The notes below the pieces were generated by a model. The model was not told the origin of the DNA. It saw only the letters and a program-made list of their open reading frames with translations, and did not search any database. Shown here piece by piece: positions 40,587 to 49,690 of a stretch of DNA of 64,000 nucleotides. Location: NCBI GenBank assembly GCA_043780835.1, contig JAYWCB010000012.1, forward strand, positions 21,998 to 85,997, written 5' to 3'. Origin of the DNA: Minisyncoccota bacterium (GTDB taxonomy: Bacteria > Patescibacteriota > Minisyncoccia > Phycocordibacterales > UBA2100). Made by a program: the position numbers and the translations under genes. The first letter of the stretch is position 1, and each line of letters starts with the position of its first letter.

Positions 40587-40695
40587 GTAGTATGTGAATG
40601 AAAAAGAGAACTAATAAATCTATGAATGTAGCGTATCACGCAGTTTGAGTGCTCGTACGTCAATAGAGGTTTTGCGTGTGTATATCTTTTTACAT

Positions 40696-40727
40696 AAAAA
40701 AACGCGCCGGAATGGCGCGTTTTTTCT
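40696..40727. terminator. Bidirectional rho-independent terminator
   Basis: AAAAAAACGCGCCGGAATGGCGCGTTTTTT: 7-bp GC stem with an A-run and a T-run. Immediately downstream of the 40744 stop. Confidence 0.65.
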
Positions 40728-40743
40728 TGTTGCGTTCGAATAC

Positions 40744-40995
40744 TTATACGCGTCGGAAGAGACGCACGATGAACAGCAACACAACGGCGCCGAGTACGGC
40801 AACCACGAGGCTGTAGATATTGAAGCCTGAGACGCCCGCAGAACCAAACGCATTGAACAGCATTCCGCCGATAAATGCGCCGATCACACCGACGACTACG
40901 TTGAGGAAGATACCCTGCGATGCATCGGTACCCATGATAAGTGAAGCAATCCAACCGGCGATACCGCCGAGAACGAGAAATGCAATAAGTTCCAT
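40744..40995 (-). CDS. GlsB/YeaQ/YmgE family (transglycosylase-associated) small membrane protein
   Basis: 83 aa. LGGIAGWIASLIMG...GVIGAFIGGMLFNAFG matches the family signature. Confidence 0.75.
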   Translation of the reverse strand: MELIAFLVLGGIAGWIASLIMGTDASQGIFLNVVVGVIGAFIGGMLFNAFGSAGVSGFNIYSLVVAVLGAVVLLFIVRLFRRV

Positions 40996-41224
40996 ACTTT
41001 ATCAATTATAGTTAGCTACTAATAAATGGGTGTTGCCCGCAGTGGCGCGGGTATGAACACTATATCGAAGCGTCAGTGTAGAGATTATGAAGATGTTCAT
41101 GAGAGCCCTGCTGTATCGATTTGTACCCGGATCGCAGCCCTCCAGCGGACTATGTACCGTGGAGCAGCTTGTGCAGTTGCGTCAGCCGTGCACAATGCGT
41201 CTACCTATGGAATCCGACTTCCCC

Positions 41225-41917
41225 ATGCGAATCAATAAGTACCTCGCGCACAAGAAAATATGCACGCGCAAAGCTGCAGACGAATACATCACACAAGGTC
41301 TGGTAAAGATCAACGGTAAAAAGGCGGCTCTCGGCGATAAGGTCAGCGAAACAGACGATGTGTCAGTCAATCTCCCGAAACGCACGTATCAATACCTCGC
41401 CTATAACAAACCGCGTGGCATCATCACACACTCCGCACAAAAGGATATAGATCCCGATGAAAAAGACATTAAAGAGATCATGCCGATTCCCGGCGTATTT
41501 CCTGTCGGGCGATTGGATAAGGATTCATACGGGCTCATCATTCTCACTGATGACGGTCGACTCACCGATGCCCTCTTGAATCCGGCTCATGAACACGAAA
41601 AAGAATACGATGTCGTATGCGCGACGAAACTGCCGAGCTATTTCAAAGGCAGACTCGAAGCCGGTATTGACATCGGCGGCTACACAACAAAACCATGCAC
41701 CATCTCAATGCGCGGTGATCGCTCTTTCACAATCAAACTAACGGAAGGCAAAAAACATCAAATCCGGCGCATGGTCGGATCCCTCGGTCAGAGCACTGTC
41801 GATTTACGACGCACACGTATATTGAATATTAAAATCGGTTTGCTCAAGAGTGGCCAATTCCGCAAGATCAACGGCGCAGAACTTCATGCGTTTCTAAAAA
41901 CACTCGGTATTACGTAG
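41225..41917 (+). CDS. Pseudouridine synthase, RsuA/RluB family, with N-terminal S4 domain. The ORF begins at 41087; the likely start is 41225 (MRINKYLA)
   Basis: S4 motif then VGRLDKDSYGLIILTDDG, the catalytic Asp motif of RsuA-family enzymes. Confidence 0.85.
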   Translation: MRINKYLAHKKICTRKAADEYITQGLVKINGKKAALGDKVSETDDVSVNLPKRTYQYLAYNKPRGIITHSAQKDIDPDEKDIKEIMPIPGVFPVGRLDKDSYGLIILTDDGRLTDALLNPAHEHEKEYDVVCATKLPSYFKGRLEAGIDIGGYTTKPCTISMRGDRSFTIKLTEGKKHQIRRMVGSLGQSTVDLRRTRILNIKIGLLKSGQFRKINGAELHAFLKTLGIT

Positions 41918-41918
41918 T

Positions 41919-42467
41919 TTAAGGGAAGATGTTCGCAAACTGCGCATAGCCTTCTTTTTCGAGATCTGCCTGTGCTATGAATCGGAGTGCTGCAGAATTG
42001 ATACAGTAACGCTGCCCGAGCGGCGCAGGACCGTCGGTAAAGCGATGACCCAAATGTGAATTCCCCTGTTTTGATCGTACTTCAGTGCGCTCAAATCCGA
42101 GTGAATCATCGGTGACTTCAACAATATTTTCCGGTACGAGCGGCTTTGTAAATGAGGGCCACCCGGTACCGGAATCGAATTTTTCCGTGGAAGAAAAGAG
42201 CGGCTCTCCGGAAACTATATCAACGTAGATACCCGCTTCGTGATTGTTCCAATACTCATTCTGAAACGGCGGTTCGGTACCGTCTTTTTGTGTGACTTCG
42301 TACTGAATGGGAGTGAGGCGTACTTGTCCGCGTCCGGATACGAATTTCTCTTCAGGAGTCTTCGTGTCAGTCTTGTGCGCCCTCTGTTGATGACCCGCCG
42401 CAAATATCGCGGCAGCGAGCGCAAGCAGCATGACACCGAAGAACGAGAGCTTCAGGCTCGTGTTCAT
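41919..42467 (-). CDS. msrB: Peptide methionine sulfoxide reductase B with N-terminal signal peptide (exported)
   Basis: GTGWPSF and HLGHRF motifs; cleavable signal [25 protein letters not shown]. Confidence 0.85.
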   Translation of the reverse strand: MNTSLKLSFFGVMLLALAAAIFAAGHQQRAHKTDTKTPEEKFVSGRGQVRLTPIQYEVTQKDGTEPPFQNEYWNNHEAGIYVDIVSGEPLFSSTEKFDSGTGWPSFTKPLVPENIVEVTDDSLGFERTEVRSKQGNSHLGHRFTDGPAPLGQRYCINSAALRFIAQADLEKEGYAQFANIFP

Positions 42468-42491
42468 ACAGGTAGCGTATCACGTGTGTAT

Positions 42492-43946
42492 TCACTTGAG
42501 GAGGTCAAGCGTCTCATCGATGCGGATTTCTTTGACGAATTCGGGAACGTGACTCACCAGCACCATCGCCCCCTCATAGGAGTCGAGCGCGCGAGCGATT
42601 ACAGGAATGTGACGGAAATTTATGTGATTGGTCGGTTCGTCCAAAATTAGCAACCCGGGTTCCATCAATACTAGTCGGGCAAATGCCACGAGGCCTTTTT
42701 GGCCTTCGGAGAGGTGTCCGATCTTTGTGTGGATGAGATCGCCGGTAAGCAAAAATCCCGCTGCAACATGGCGCAGCGTTTCTTCGTACTTCTTTTTCAT
42801 AACCGCCATCAACTCCTCGTGTACCGTTTTTTCAAAGTCGAGGTTCGAAAAATCTTGTCGGTAATACCCCACCTTCGTGCCCGGCAAAATAGTCGAACCG
42901 TCTTCTTTGTTCACAATACTTTCGAGCAGTGTGGATTTGCCGATGCCGTTGGGTCCCAAAAGCAAAAGATGGTGGTTCTTTTTTAATACGAGCGATTTCT
43001 TTTTTACTTTCGCTTTATGATCGAGTATGACCTTATAGGATTCGATTTTGAGAATCTCCCCCACCATGTTTTCGGGTGTAGGAATTTTGAACGGCTTTAT
43101 GGTTTTGTCTTCTTTGCGGACATCCACCATGTCTTCTTCCGCATCTTCGGCAGCCTGGCGCATTCGCTTTGCCACAAGTCGCATACCGCCTCCTTTGTGT
43201 GCGAATACATTGGCCTGGTCTTTATTTGCCTGAATTTTCTTCGCGAGCTGTGCGTTCTTGGCATTTTCTTTTTCGATGCGACCCTTGATATCTTCGAGCA
43301 CATCGTTGTAGTTACCGGTGTACTGTTCAGTCTTTTGCGAATGCACATCCAGATACAGCACGCCCTGTGTGAACGAGTTGAGAAATTCCGCGTCGTGAGA
43401 AATCACGATGACTGTTTTTTCATATTGTTGAAGAAATTTTGTGAGGTGCGCGATACCGGCTTTGTCCAGATTATTCGTCGGCTCATCAAGGAGCAGCACG
43501 TCCGGTTTTTGAATCAAGGCCGAGGCGAGCAACAAACGTGCCTGTTGACCGCCGGAGAAGGATTTGACGATGCGATCGTGCGGCGCGTGCACGTTTACGA
43601 TTTCCAACACACTATCGATTTTCGGATCAATGTCATATACCTTGTGTGGAAATACATTTTGAAAGAAATCGCGCACCGTGAGCTCGAGCTCCGGTCGCGG
43701 TATTACTTGTCGGGCGATCGCAATGGAGAGACCGTGCGGAATATTGATCATACCGTTTTCCGGTTCAATCGCGCCGGTGATCAATCCGAAAATTGTGCTT
43801 TTTCCCGCACCGTTCTGACCCATGAGTGTCAGCTTCGCGCCTTTGCGAATACTAAACGACGCCTCATCGAGGATTCGCTTTTTTGCGTTGTATTCATACG
43901 AAACACCGTCGAATCGAACGACGGTCGGAATGCCGGACATAGTCAT
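42492..43946 (-). CDS. ABC-F family ATPase (two nucleotide-binding domains, no TM). The ORF extends to 44231; the start is ATG 43946 (MTMSGIPTVV), preceded by AAAGGTG
   Basis: Two Walker A motifs (GQNGAGKST, GPNGIGKST), two LSGGQ signatures, an interdomain linker. Confidence 0.85.
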   Translation of the reverse strand: MTMSGIPTVVRFDGVSYEYNAKKRILDEASFSIRKGAKLTLMGQNGAGKSTIFGLITGAIEPENGMINIPHGLSIAIARQVIPRPELELTVRDFFQNVFPHKVYDIDPKIDSVLEIVNVHAPHDRIVKSFSGGQQARLLLASALIQKPDVLLLDEPTNNLDKAGIAHLTKFLQQYEKTVIVISHDAEFLNSFTQGVLYLDVHSQKTEQYTGNYNDVLEDIKGRIEKENAKNAQLAKKIQANKDQANVFAHKGGGMRLVAKRMRQAAEDAEEDMVDVRKEDKTIKPFKIPTPENMVGEILKIESYKVILDHKAKVKKKSLVLKKNHHLLLLGPNGIGKSTLLESIVNKEDGSTILPGTKVGYYRQDFSNLDFEKTVHEELMAVMKKKYEETLRHVAAGFLLTGDLIHTKIGHLSEGQKGLVAFARLVLMEPGLLILDEPTNHINFRHIPVIARALDSYEGAMVLVSHVPEFVKEIRIDETLDLLK

Positions 43947-43950
43947 GAAC

Positions 43951-44214
43951 CTACCGCACCTTTCGTGAATCACCAACTGTACGAATGAGTTCGAGTTTCT
44001 GAAGTCGCGACATTTTCTTAATTTCTGCTTCCCTGCGGAGTGCCGCTCCGCGCACGTGCCCTGATTCAATGTATTCCATACGGAGCGCGCCGCGCGAGCG
44101 CGTATATTTACTCGCCGTGCCAGCCTTATGTGCAGCAAGACGTTTCGTAATGTCAGTGGTGATGCCCGTATAGAGCGATCGGTCGCGGCATCTGAGCATA
44201 TATACAAAATACAT
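43951..44214 (-). CDS. GIY-YIG nuclease superfamily small protein (YhbQ-like)
   Basis: MYFVYMLRCRDRSLYTGITTDITKRLAAH matches the GIY-YIG core. Confidence 0.75.
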   Translation of the reverse strand: MYFVYMLRCRDRSLYTGITTDITKRLAAHKAGTASKYTRSRGALRMEYIESGHVRGAALRREAEIKKMSRLQKLELIRTVGDSRKVR

Positions 44215-44242
44215 AGTTTCGATGCTAGCACGACTCAAAACT

Positions 44243-44270
44243 GAAAAACCATCCGGAGCGGATGGTTTTT
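44243..44270 (-). terminator. Rho-independent terminator downstream of the small zinc-ribbon ORF
   Basis: AACCATCCGGAGCGGATGGTT followed by TTTTT. Confidence 0.55.
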
Positions 44271-44275
44271 TGTGA

Positions 44276-44419
44276 TTATGCGAGCGCTTTTGCGCACGGT
44301 AGACAGGAGTTTTGCAAAGGGCGCGTCTTTATATATTTGCCGCCGCATGCACACGTAACAACCTGAACCGTATTCGGGTTTTCGATCCACTTGCCGTCTT
44401 GAAGGAAATTTTTTGACAT
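44276..44419 (-). CDS. Unannotated 47-aa ORF with a four-cysteine (CxC-x13-CxxC) zinc-ribbon-like motif; too short for the ORF track
   Basis: Hand translation: MSKNFLQDGKWIENPNTVQVVTCACGGKYIKTRPLQNSCLPCAKALA. It has its own terminator hairpin 6 nt after the TAA. Confidence 0.35.
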   Translation of the reverse strand: MSKNFLQDGKWIENPNTVQVVTCACGGKYIKTRPLQNSCLPCAKALA

Positions 44420-44599
44420 AGTTTTTTGTGTCTTCAAACGAAATGCTGATCTGTCTCAGAACGAGACTAGCTCCGAGTGCCGTATATCACTGTCGAACTG
44501 TCCCATGATGCTGCACGAATGCCGCGCCAGGTAATAAAACCGAGGAGAAAGTAGGACTTCGTCTATTCTGTCATGAATAAATGCGATTGTCAAGGATAC

Positions 44600-45838
44600 T
44601 TATCCTGCAGGGACACAGACAAGCGTCCGCAATCCCGGCGGGGTACTGCACGCTCCTGAAAGCGCCTCCCCTCTACCCCCCGTAAAGCTACACGACGCAT
44701 TCGATAGTTTCCCTGAACATGCAGCGACTGCTTCTGGAGGAGGTCCTGACGATAGCCCGCGATCGGGTGGTACGGGCGGCATCGTGCGCGAAGGCTGACC
44801 TTGCAATACACCTTGCTGGAGTGCGCCGCCGCTTGGGCCGGTTGTTGCCGGTTTGCCGCGGAAACAGCTCGCAGAATACGGGAAATCCACTGTCATTACA
44901 TAATGATACGTAGTCTTTTTCTTACCATCGACGACGATATCGCTTGTTATGCCGTGGCATTCATCGAGGTCTTCAGTGGTAAGAAACTTACCGTCTGCAA
45001 CCTTTGATCCGGTAATGGGAAAACCGTCGTATGCAAAACCAAGCACGCTATCTATACCCGTATCTTTGATGCACGATGACAGACTGTGATAGTGATACTC
45101 ACCGGAACCCTGCGGATGTCCGGTGCACGAGTCTTGTACTTCATGAGCCGGCGCGTCGCGCAGGCCGGCATCAAATGCATTGAAGAGCGGAACCCCGGTG
45201 AGCATGATGCCGACTTCCCCACCCATACAATACGGTGTCTCTGAATATACGGGATCGGACGGCACTTTTTGATTTATGGATTGTGCGGAAATTGTATTTG
45301 GATTCGGATCATACGCCGCGGCGGGATCCGACTTGGAAACGGGAAAAATCCCAGTCATATGAGACGCCGGCAATGCATTACTCGCGAGTGTTCGCGTTGA
45401 TCCCGAAATTGTATTCGAAAACCGTGCATTCGGCCACGAAACAGAGCCCGCGACGGATACTTTATTCATAAAATTCCATGTGTCGTTTTTTATCCATGGA
45501 CCGTTGACCATGGATCCCGGATTATCTTTGCGGGCGTTACACAAATATATATATCCTTTTTTTGCTACGGTCGTGGAGTAGCGATAATCACCGAGTGGCA
45601 CAGTGCCGTCTTGATATAAATTGTCTGCAAGTGTGAGCAGCTGCCCTTGTGAGAATGGCGTCTGTTTCGATATGCCCGAGCCGGCCTTCGGAATGAAGAC
45701 ATTGACCGATGTAGTAACAACGGCAGCGTTATTTGAGAATGTTGACTCCGGCCGTGAGATATATGAAAGCGGCCCGGTAACGAACCACAACGATACAAAC
45801 AGTGCGAACACGACCAATATCGGCGTGTGAAGCTTCAT
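44600..45838 (-). CDS. YHYH-domain secreted protein. The ORF extends to 45910; the likely start is 45838 (MKLHTPILVVFALF, a signal peptide)
   Basis: GSGEYHYHSLSSC contains the eponymous YHYH motif; Cys-rich C-terminal tail. Confidence 0.65.
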   Translation of the reverse strand: MKLHTPILVVFALFVSLWFVTGPLSYISRPESTFSNNAAVVTTSVNVFIPKAGSGISKQTPFSQGQLLTLADNLYQDGTVPLGDYRYSTTVAKKGYIYLCNARKDNPGSMVNGPWIKNDTWNFMNKVSVAGSVSWPNARFSNTISGSTRTLASNALPASHMTGIFPVSKSDPAAAYDPNPNTISAQSINQKVPSDPVYSETPYCMGGEVGIMLTGVPLFNAFDAGLRDAPAHEVQDSCTGHPQGSGEYHYHSLSSCIKDTGIDSVLGFAYDGFPITGSKVADGKFLTTEDLDECHGITSDIVVDGKKKTTYHYVMTVDFPYSASCFRGKPATTGPSGGALQQGVLQGQPSRTMPPVPPDRGLSSGPPPEAVAACSGKLSNASCSFTGGRGEALSGACSTPPGLRTLVCVPAG

Positions 45839-45866
45839 GCGTGTAGTATATCGTGTAAATGATCGG

Positions 45867-46322
45867 TCACCCGCGCATGAGTGTGCGTATATGTGCAAAT
45901 TGTTCAGCACTCACCGGCTGCACGGAAAGCCGTGATCCGCGTTGCAAAAGAAGCATATCGCCGAGTACGGGATCTCGCCGCATTTCACTCAGCATAATGG
46001 GAACAACGGCCGTTTCGACAAATGCGACATCAACACATTCCCATACCGGCTTGTCCCGTGTCGCCTTCGGTTCGAAGTAATCGCCCGATTTGTTAAATTG
46101 GGACTCGTCGGCATGTGCGGGCGTGGCTACGCGCGCGATACCCGCCACACAGAGAGGTTCGGTACTCGAGTGATAAAAGAGGAGCAAATCCCCTTTTTTC
46201 ATTGCACGCATATGATTGCGTGCCTGGTAATTACGTACCCCCTCCCACGAGGTTTGGGTATCCCGTTTGAGATCGAGTATGGAATACGTGTTGGGTTCCG
46301 ATTTGATAAGCCAATACTGCAT
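45867..46322 (-). CDS. EVE (PUA-like) domain protein
   Basis: MQYWLIKSEPNTYSILDL...WEGVRNYQARNHMR is the hallmark EVE N-terminus. Confidence 0.8.
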   Translation of the reverse strand: MQYWLIKSEPNTYSILDLKRDTQTSWEGVRNYQARNHMRAMKKGDLLLFYHSSTEPLCVAGIARVATPAHADESQFNKSGDYFEPKATRDKPVWECVDVAFVETAVVPIMLSEMRRDPVLGDMLLLQRGSRLSVQPVSAEQFAHIRTLMRG

Positions 46323-46379
46323 ATTGATCTTCGAGTTCCGTTTCTGGTGAAGCGGCAGAAATACGACCCTGCGACACTA

Positions 46380-46607
46380 TTATATATCGTCCTCAATTTC
46401 GTATGACTTTGACGGATGTCGGAGGCCGCGCAACAAACGCACATTACGCTCCGGTACGCGAAAATGGATCGCGAGCATAGAACGAACGCGGTCGTTCGCC
46501 CGATTATCTTCTGCTGGCTCGCGAACCGAAATCTGCATTTTGTTGTCTGAAATAGTTATCTGCGTTTCGCGCGACGCATTCGCATTCACACGTACCCGTA
46601 CGATCAT
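46380..46607 (-). CDS. DUF167 (YggU-like, UPF0235) small protein
   Basis: 75 aa. ISVREPAEDNRANDRVRSMLAIHFRV matches the YggU pattern. Confidence 0.6.
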   Translation of the reverse strand: MIVRVRVNANASRETQITISDNKMQISVREPAEDNRANDRVRSMLAIHFRVPERNVRLLRGLRHPSKSYEIEDDI

Positions 46608-47176
46608 ACGGCAAGTATGGTATTGCGGAGCGCTTCAATGCCACGACCGCTTGCGGCGGAAACCTGTACCAGTTCGGATGAATCGGTTTTTTCTTTAATC
46701 GCTGCAATTTGCGCTGATAATTCCTTTTGCGATAGTTTATCTATTTTGTTCATAACAATCAGGTATGGTCGCTGTTTCTCTTTTAACATTTTTAGCATCT
46801 CCTCATCGAATCGGGTGAGACCGGCTTTTGAATCAAGTATCACAACCGTGAGCGCCGGGTGTGCTTCGTCTGAGGTAAAGTACCAAATAATCAATTTTCG
46901 AAGTTTTTCTCGTTCCTGTGGTGTCGCCGCTGCGTATCCATATCCCGGCAGATCAACAAAGTAATGCGTCTTATTAATAAGAAACATATTTATCTCGGTT
47001 GTTTTTCCCGGCTTTTTCCCGACGCGCGCCAGCGTGCGCATTTCTGTAAGCCCGTTGAGTATGCTTGATTTACCCACGTTTGACCTGCCGATAAACGCGA
47101 TCTGCGGAATACCGTCGCTTAGAATTTCATCACTGCCACGAATACCTTTTACAAATTGTGCCGTTGTAATTTTCAT
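46604..47176 (-). CDS. engB: Ribosome biogenesis GTP-binding protein YihA/YsxC (EngB)
   Basis: G1 motif GRSNVGKSS, DLPGYG, NKIDK. Confidence 0.85.
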   Translation of the reverse strand: MKITTAQFVKGIRGSDEILSDGIPQIAFIGRSNVGKSSILNGLTEMRTLARVGKKPGKTTEINMFLINKTHYFVDLPGYGYAAATPQEREKLRKLIIWYFTSDEAHPALTVVILDSKAGLTRFDEEMLKMLKEKQRPYLIVMNKIDKLSQKELSAQIAAIKEKTDSSELVQVSAASGRGIEALRNTILAV

Positions 47177-48075
47177 AAGGATGTTTCTTTACACGCATCA
47201 CTGCAAAATGCCCGACCATCACCGGTCGAACAGGAATCGCATGCGAGAAAATGGTAATGACACGTATCTTCCGCACAATCCACATAATGCTCGGTAGATA
47301 CTCCGCACAAACGGCACATGCCGACGACTTCTCGATCTCCGCCAAAATGCATGGTGAGACGCTGATCGAATGTGTACAACGTGCCGAGAAAGTCTTCGCC
47401 AGGGTACTGCTCCATATATGAGTGAATGCCGCCGTCGAGCTGATGTACGTTGGTAAAACCGTTACTTAATAGATAGGCCGACATCTTTTCGCACCGTACT
47501 CCGCCCGTACATACCGTGACCACCGTTTTTTCCTTCAATGGCTCCAAACGCTTCATCGCGAGCGGCAAATGGCGCGCCGCCGAGATATCGGGCTGCACAG
47601 AATTCTTGAAGTGACCCGATGCGTATTCGTAATTATTACGCATATCGAGGATCGTAAAATCACGATTATTTTTGAACCACTCGCGTAGTTCCGTTGGAGA
47701 CAATTTCGGAGCAGTGCGCTCTATCGGATTGGCCACATCTTTTGGAAAGCCGGTGCCGACGATTTCGTTACGGACTTTTACTGACAATCCCGGAAGGGAT
47801 TGTCCGGTGCCGACGCTCCGCTTAATCTGCATGCCGAGAAACGGCGTACGACTGAGAATCCATCCAGCGAATGCCTCCGTATCCGAAATGTATCCTTCAA
47901 CAGTTGCATTGATGCCTTCAGCGGCAACAATCACCCGTCCCGTCAGCGACAACGCTTCCGCTTTCGCTCGTATTTCTGCCGCGAGTTCTTGAGGATTCTC
48001 GAGGGTAACGTACTTGTAGAAAAGCAGCACCTGGTAGGTGCTGCTCTCTTGCCTCGTTTCGCTGGGGCTCGTCAT
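47173..48075 (-). CDS. trhO: Rhodanese-domain tRNA uridine(34) hydroxylase-like protein (UPF0176/TrhO family)
   Basis: VLLFYKY N-terminal hallmark, rhodanese domain with active-site CTGGVRCE, C-terminal Cys cluster. Confidence 0.75.
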   Translation of the reverse strand: MTSPSETRQESSTYQVLLFYKYVTLENPQELAAEIRAKAEALSLTGRVIVAAEGINATVEGYISDTEAFAGWILSRTPFLGMQIKRSVGTGQSLPGLSVKVRNEIVGTGFPKDVANPIERTAPKLSPTELREWFKNNRDFTILDMRNNYEYASGHFKNSVQPDISAARHLPLAMKRLEPLKEKTVVTVCTGGVRCEKMSAYLLSNGFTNVHQLDGGIHSYMEQYPGEDFLGTLYTFDQRLTMHFGGDREVVGMCRLCGVSTEHYVDCAEDTCHYHFLACDSCSTGDGRAFCSDACKETSL

Positions 48076-48207
48076 GTGCACACTATGCAGGGTTGTACGC
48101 AGCCTGCAAGTCTGCAATATACATATTCTTCATTTTGAACATGGCACGCCCGTGAGCGTCCATACGCCGCATAGCAAAAAGCGCCCGGTGTCGGGCGCTT
48201 TTTGCTA

Positions 48208-48687
48208 TTAGCCGCGCTTTTTTGCGGCACGAGTCGCAAGCATGGTCGCCTTCGTCGCAAGTCGTTTTTTGGACTTGCGGGATTTTGACTCACGAGGTGC
48301 AATCGGTGAAATTCTTCCCATAGGGTGATTGTACACGGTCGTGCTTGATCGGTCGATACTACCCCTCTTTTTCGAGGTATTCTTTTTTGCGGGCAGAGAC
48401 TGTGCAATGGCAAACAAAATTGCCGGTAAATCCTCGATCGAGGATAGCTGGGGTTCTTCCACAATGTAATAGGGCTTCGCGCCTGGATACGGAGGACCTT
48501 TTTCACAGACATTCTCGAGGGCCGCACTCGCCGGGAGGATCTTTACGTAGAGCAGATCGTCGCATACGAACGCAACCGTCTTTCCGCTTGCGTAGAGCGC
48601 GTATTCACCAAACATCGATCGCACCGTAAAGCGCGAATCTCCCAGTTTCTCGAGTAAAAACTCCACCGTATCTTTTTGAGTTGACAT
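48208..48687 (-). CDS. TfoX/Sxy N-terminal-domain protein with a Lys/Arg-rich C-terminal tail
   Basis: FTVRSMFGEYALYASGKTVAFVCDDLLYVK fits the TfoX_N pattern; the tail reads KSRKSKKRLATKATMLATRAAKKRG. Confidence 0.55.
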   Translation of the reverse strand: MSTQKDTVEFLLEKLGDSRFTVRSMFGEYALYASGKTVAFVCDDLLYVKILPASAALENVCEKGPPYPGAKPYYIVEEPQLSSIEDLPAILFAIAQSLPAKKNTSKKRGSIDRSSTTVYNHPMGRISPIAPRESKSRKSKKRLATKATMLATRAAKKRG

Positions 48688-48690
48688 GAT

Positions 48691-49107
48691 CTAGCTGGAT
48701 TCGATCACGCGTTTCAGATTCTCGAGCGTATGTTGCCAACCCGTTTTTTGCATTTCAATCGGGTTTTCTTTTTCGGCATCAACAACTTGCGCAACGCGCA
48801 CGCTATCACCGATCAATTCAAATGTGGTGACCGCTGTGCGACCGTCTCCCATCGTATACGCGATTTTCTCATGCGGAACGACCTCGTCGTAGATTCCGCC
48901 GAAATCGAAACTCTGTGAACTATCCTTTGCAGCCATCCGTGAGAGGAACGCACCTCCTGTTTTCAATTCATTCTTGATGGCCGTCGTTTCCCAATCAGGT
49001 GAACCGCTCGCCCATTCCGCTATGTGGCTTGTGTCCGTAAAATACTCCCAAACCTTTTTGATCGAGGCGCTTATAACTACTTCCGTGGTAAATGTTTTGA
49101 AGCTCAT
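48691..49107 (-). CDS. SRPBCC superfamily protein (AHSA1-like)
   Basis: IKKVWEYFTDTSHIAEW and the overall size fit Aha1-like SRPBCC proteins. Confidence 0.6.
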   Translation of the reverse strand: MSFKTFTTEVVISASIKKVWEYFTDTSHIAEWASGSPDWETTAIKNELKTGGAFLSRMAAKDSSQSFDFGGIYDEVVPHEKIAYTMGDGRTAVTTFELIGDSVRVAQVVDAEKENPIEMQKTGWQHTLENLKRVIESS

Positions 49108-49130
49108 ATGTTCATTATATCTGGCGCTGC

Positions 49131-49490
49131 TCAAAATTCGTACAGTATGTCTGCAAAATCAACGATTCTATTTTTCTTGTCGATCGCAATGCCCTCTTTT
49201 TTATACAACGCCACCCGTTTCTGATGATACACAGGCGAGATCCAAATCTTTCCATCACTATAGACGATTCGGTGGAACGGTATCTTTTTTTCTCCGTTAT
49301 CCCAGGCTTTTCCAAGGATGCCCGTAATGCTACGCGCAGCCATACCGCCACCGCCTGCTTTTCGCGCAAGTGCCGCGTAGGTAGTAACTCGTCCGGGTGG
49401 AATGGACAAGGCGAGTATTACGACCCGTTCACTAAATGTCGTTACCGCTGCTTTACGTGTAAGCGGTTTTCTATCAGGAAAAAGAGTCAT
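49131..49490 (-). CDS. Alkyltransferase-like (Atl/YbaZ-type) protein: MGMT DNA-binding domain lacking the acceptor cysteine
   Basis: IPPGRVTTYAALARKAG helix-turn-helix, and IPFHRIV in place of the canonical PCHRV. Confidence 0.7.
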   Translation of the reverse strand: MTLFPDRKPLTRKAAVTTFSERVVILALSIPPGRVTTYAALARKAGGGGMAARSITGILGKAWDNGEKKIPFHRIVYSDGKIWISPVYHQKRVALYKKEGIAIDKKNRIVDFADILYEF

Positions 49491-49690
49491 GCACGCAGCC
49501 TATCAAAAAGCATTCTTCTCGTCATCGAAAAAAGAATCAAAGTGGGATCGCATCTGAAGTGGTCGCCGTAGCCGGAATGTATGATCGGCTACCCCACGCA
49601 AGCCATCCCGCCACACCAAGAACACTTGCAATGACAAGTGCCGGTAATATTTTTTGCATCACCGGATAAGACGTACAGAGATTCAACGTC

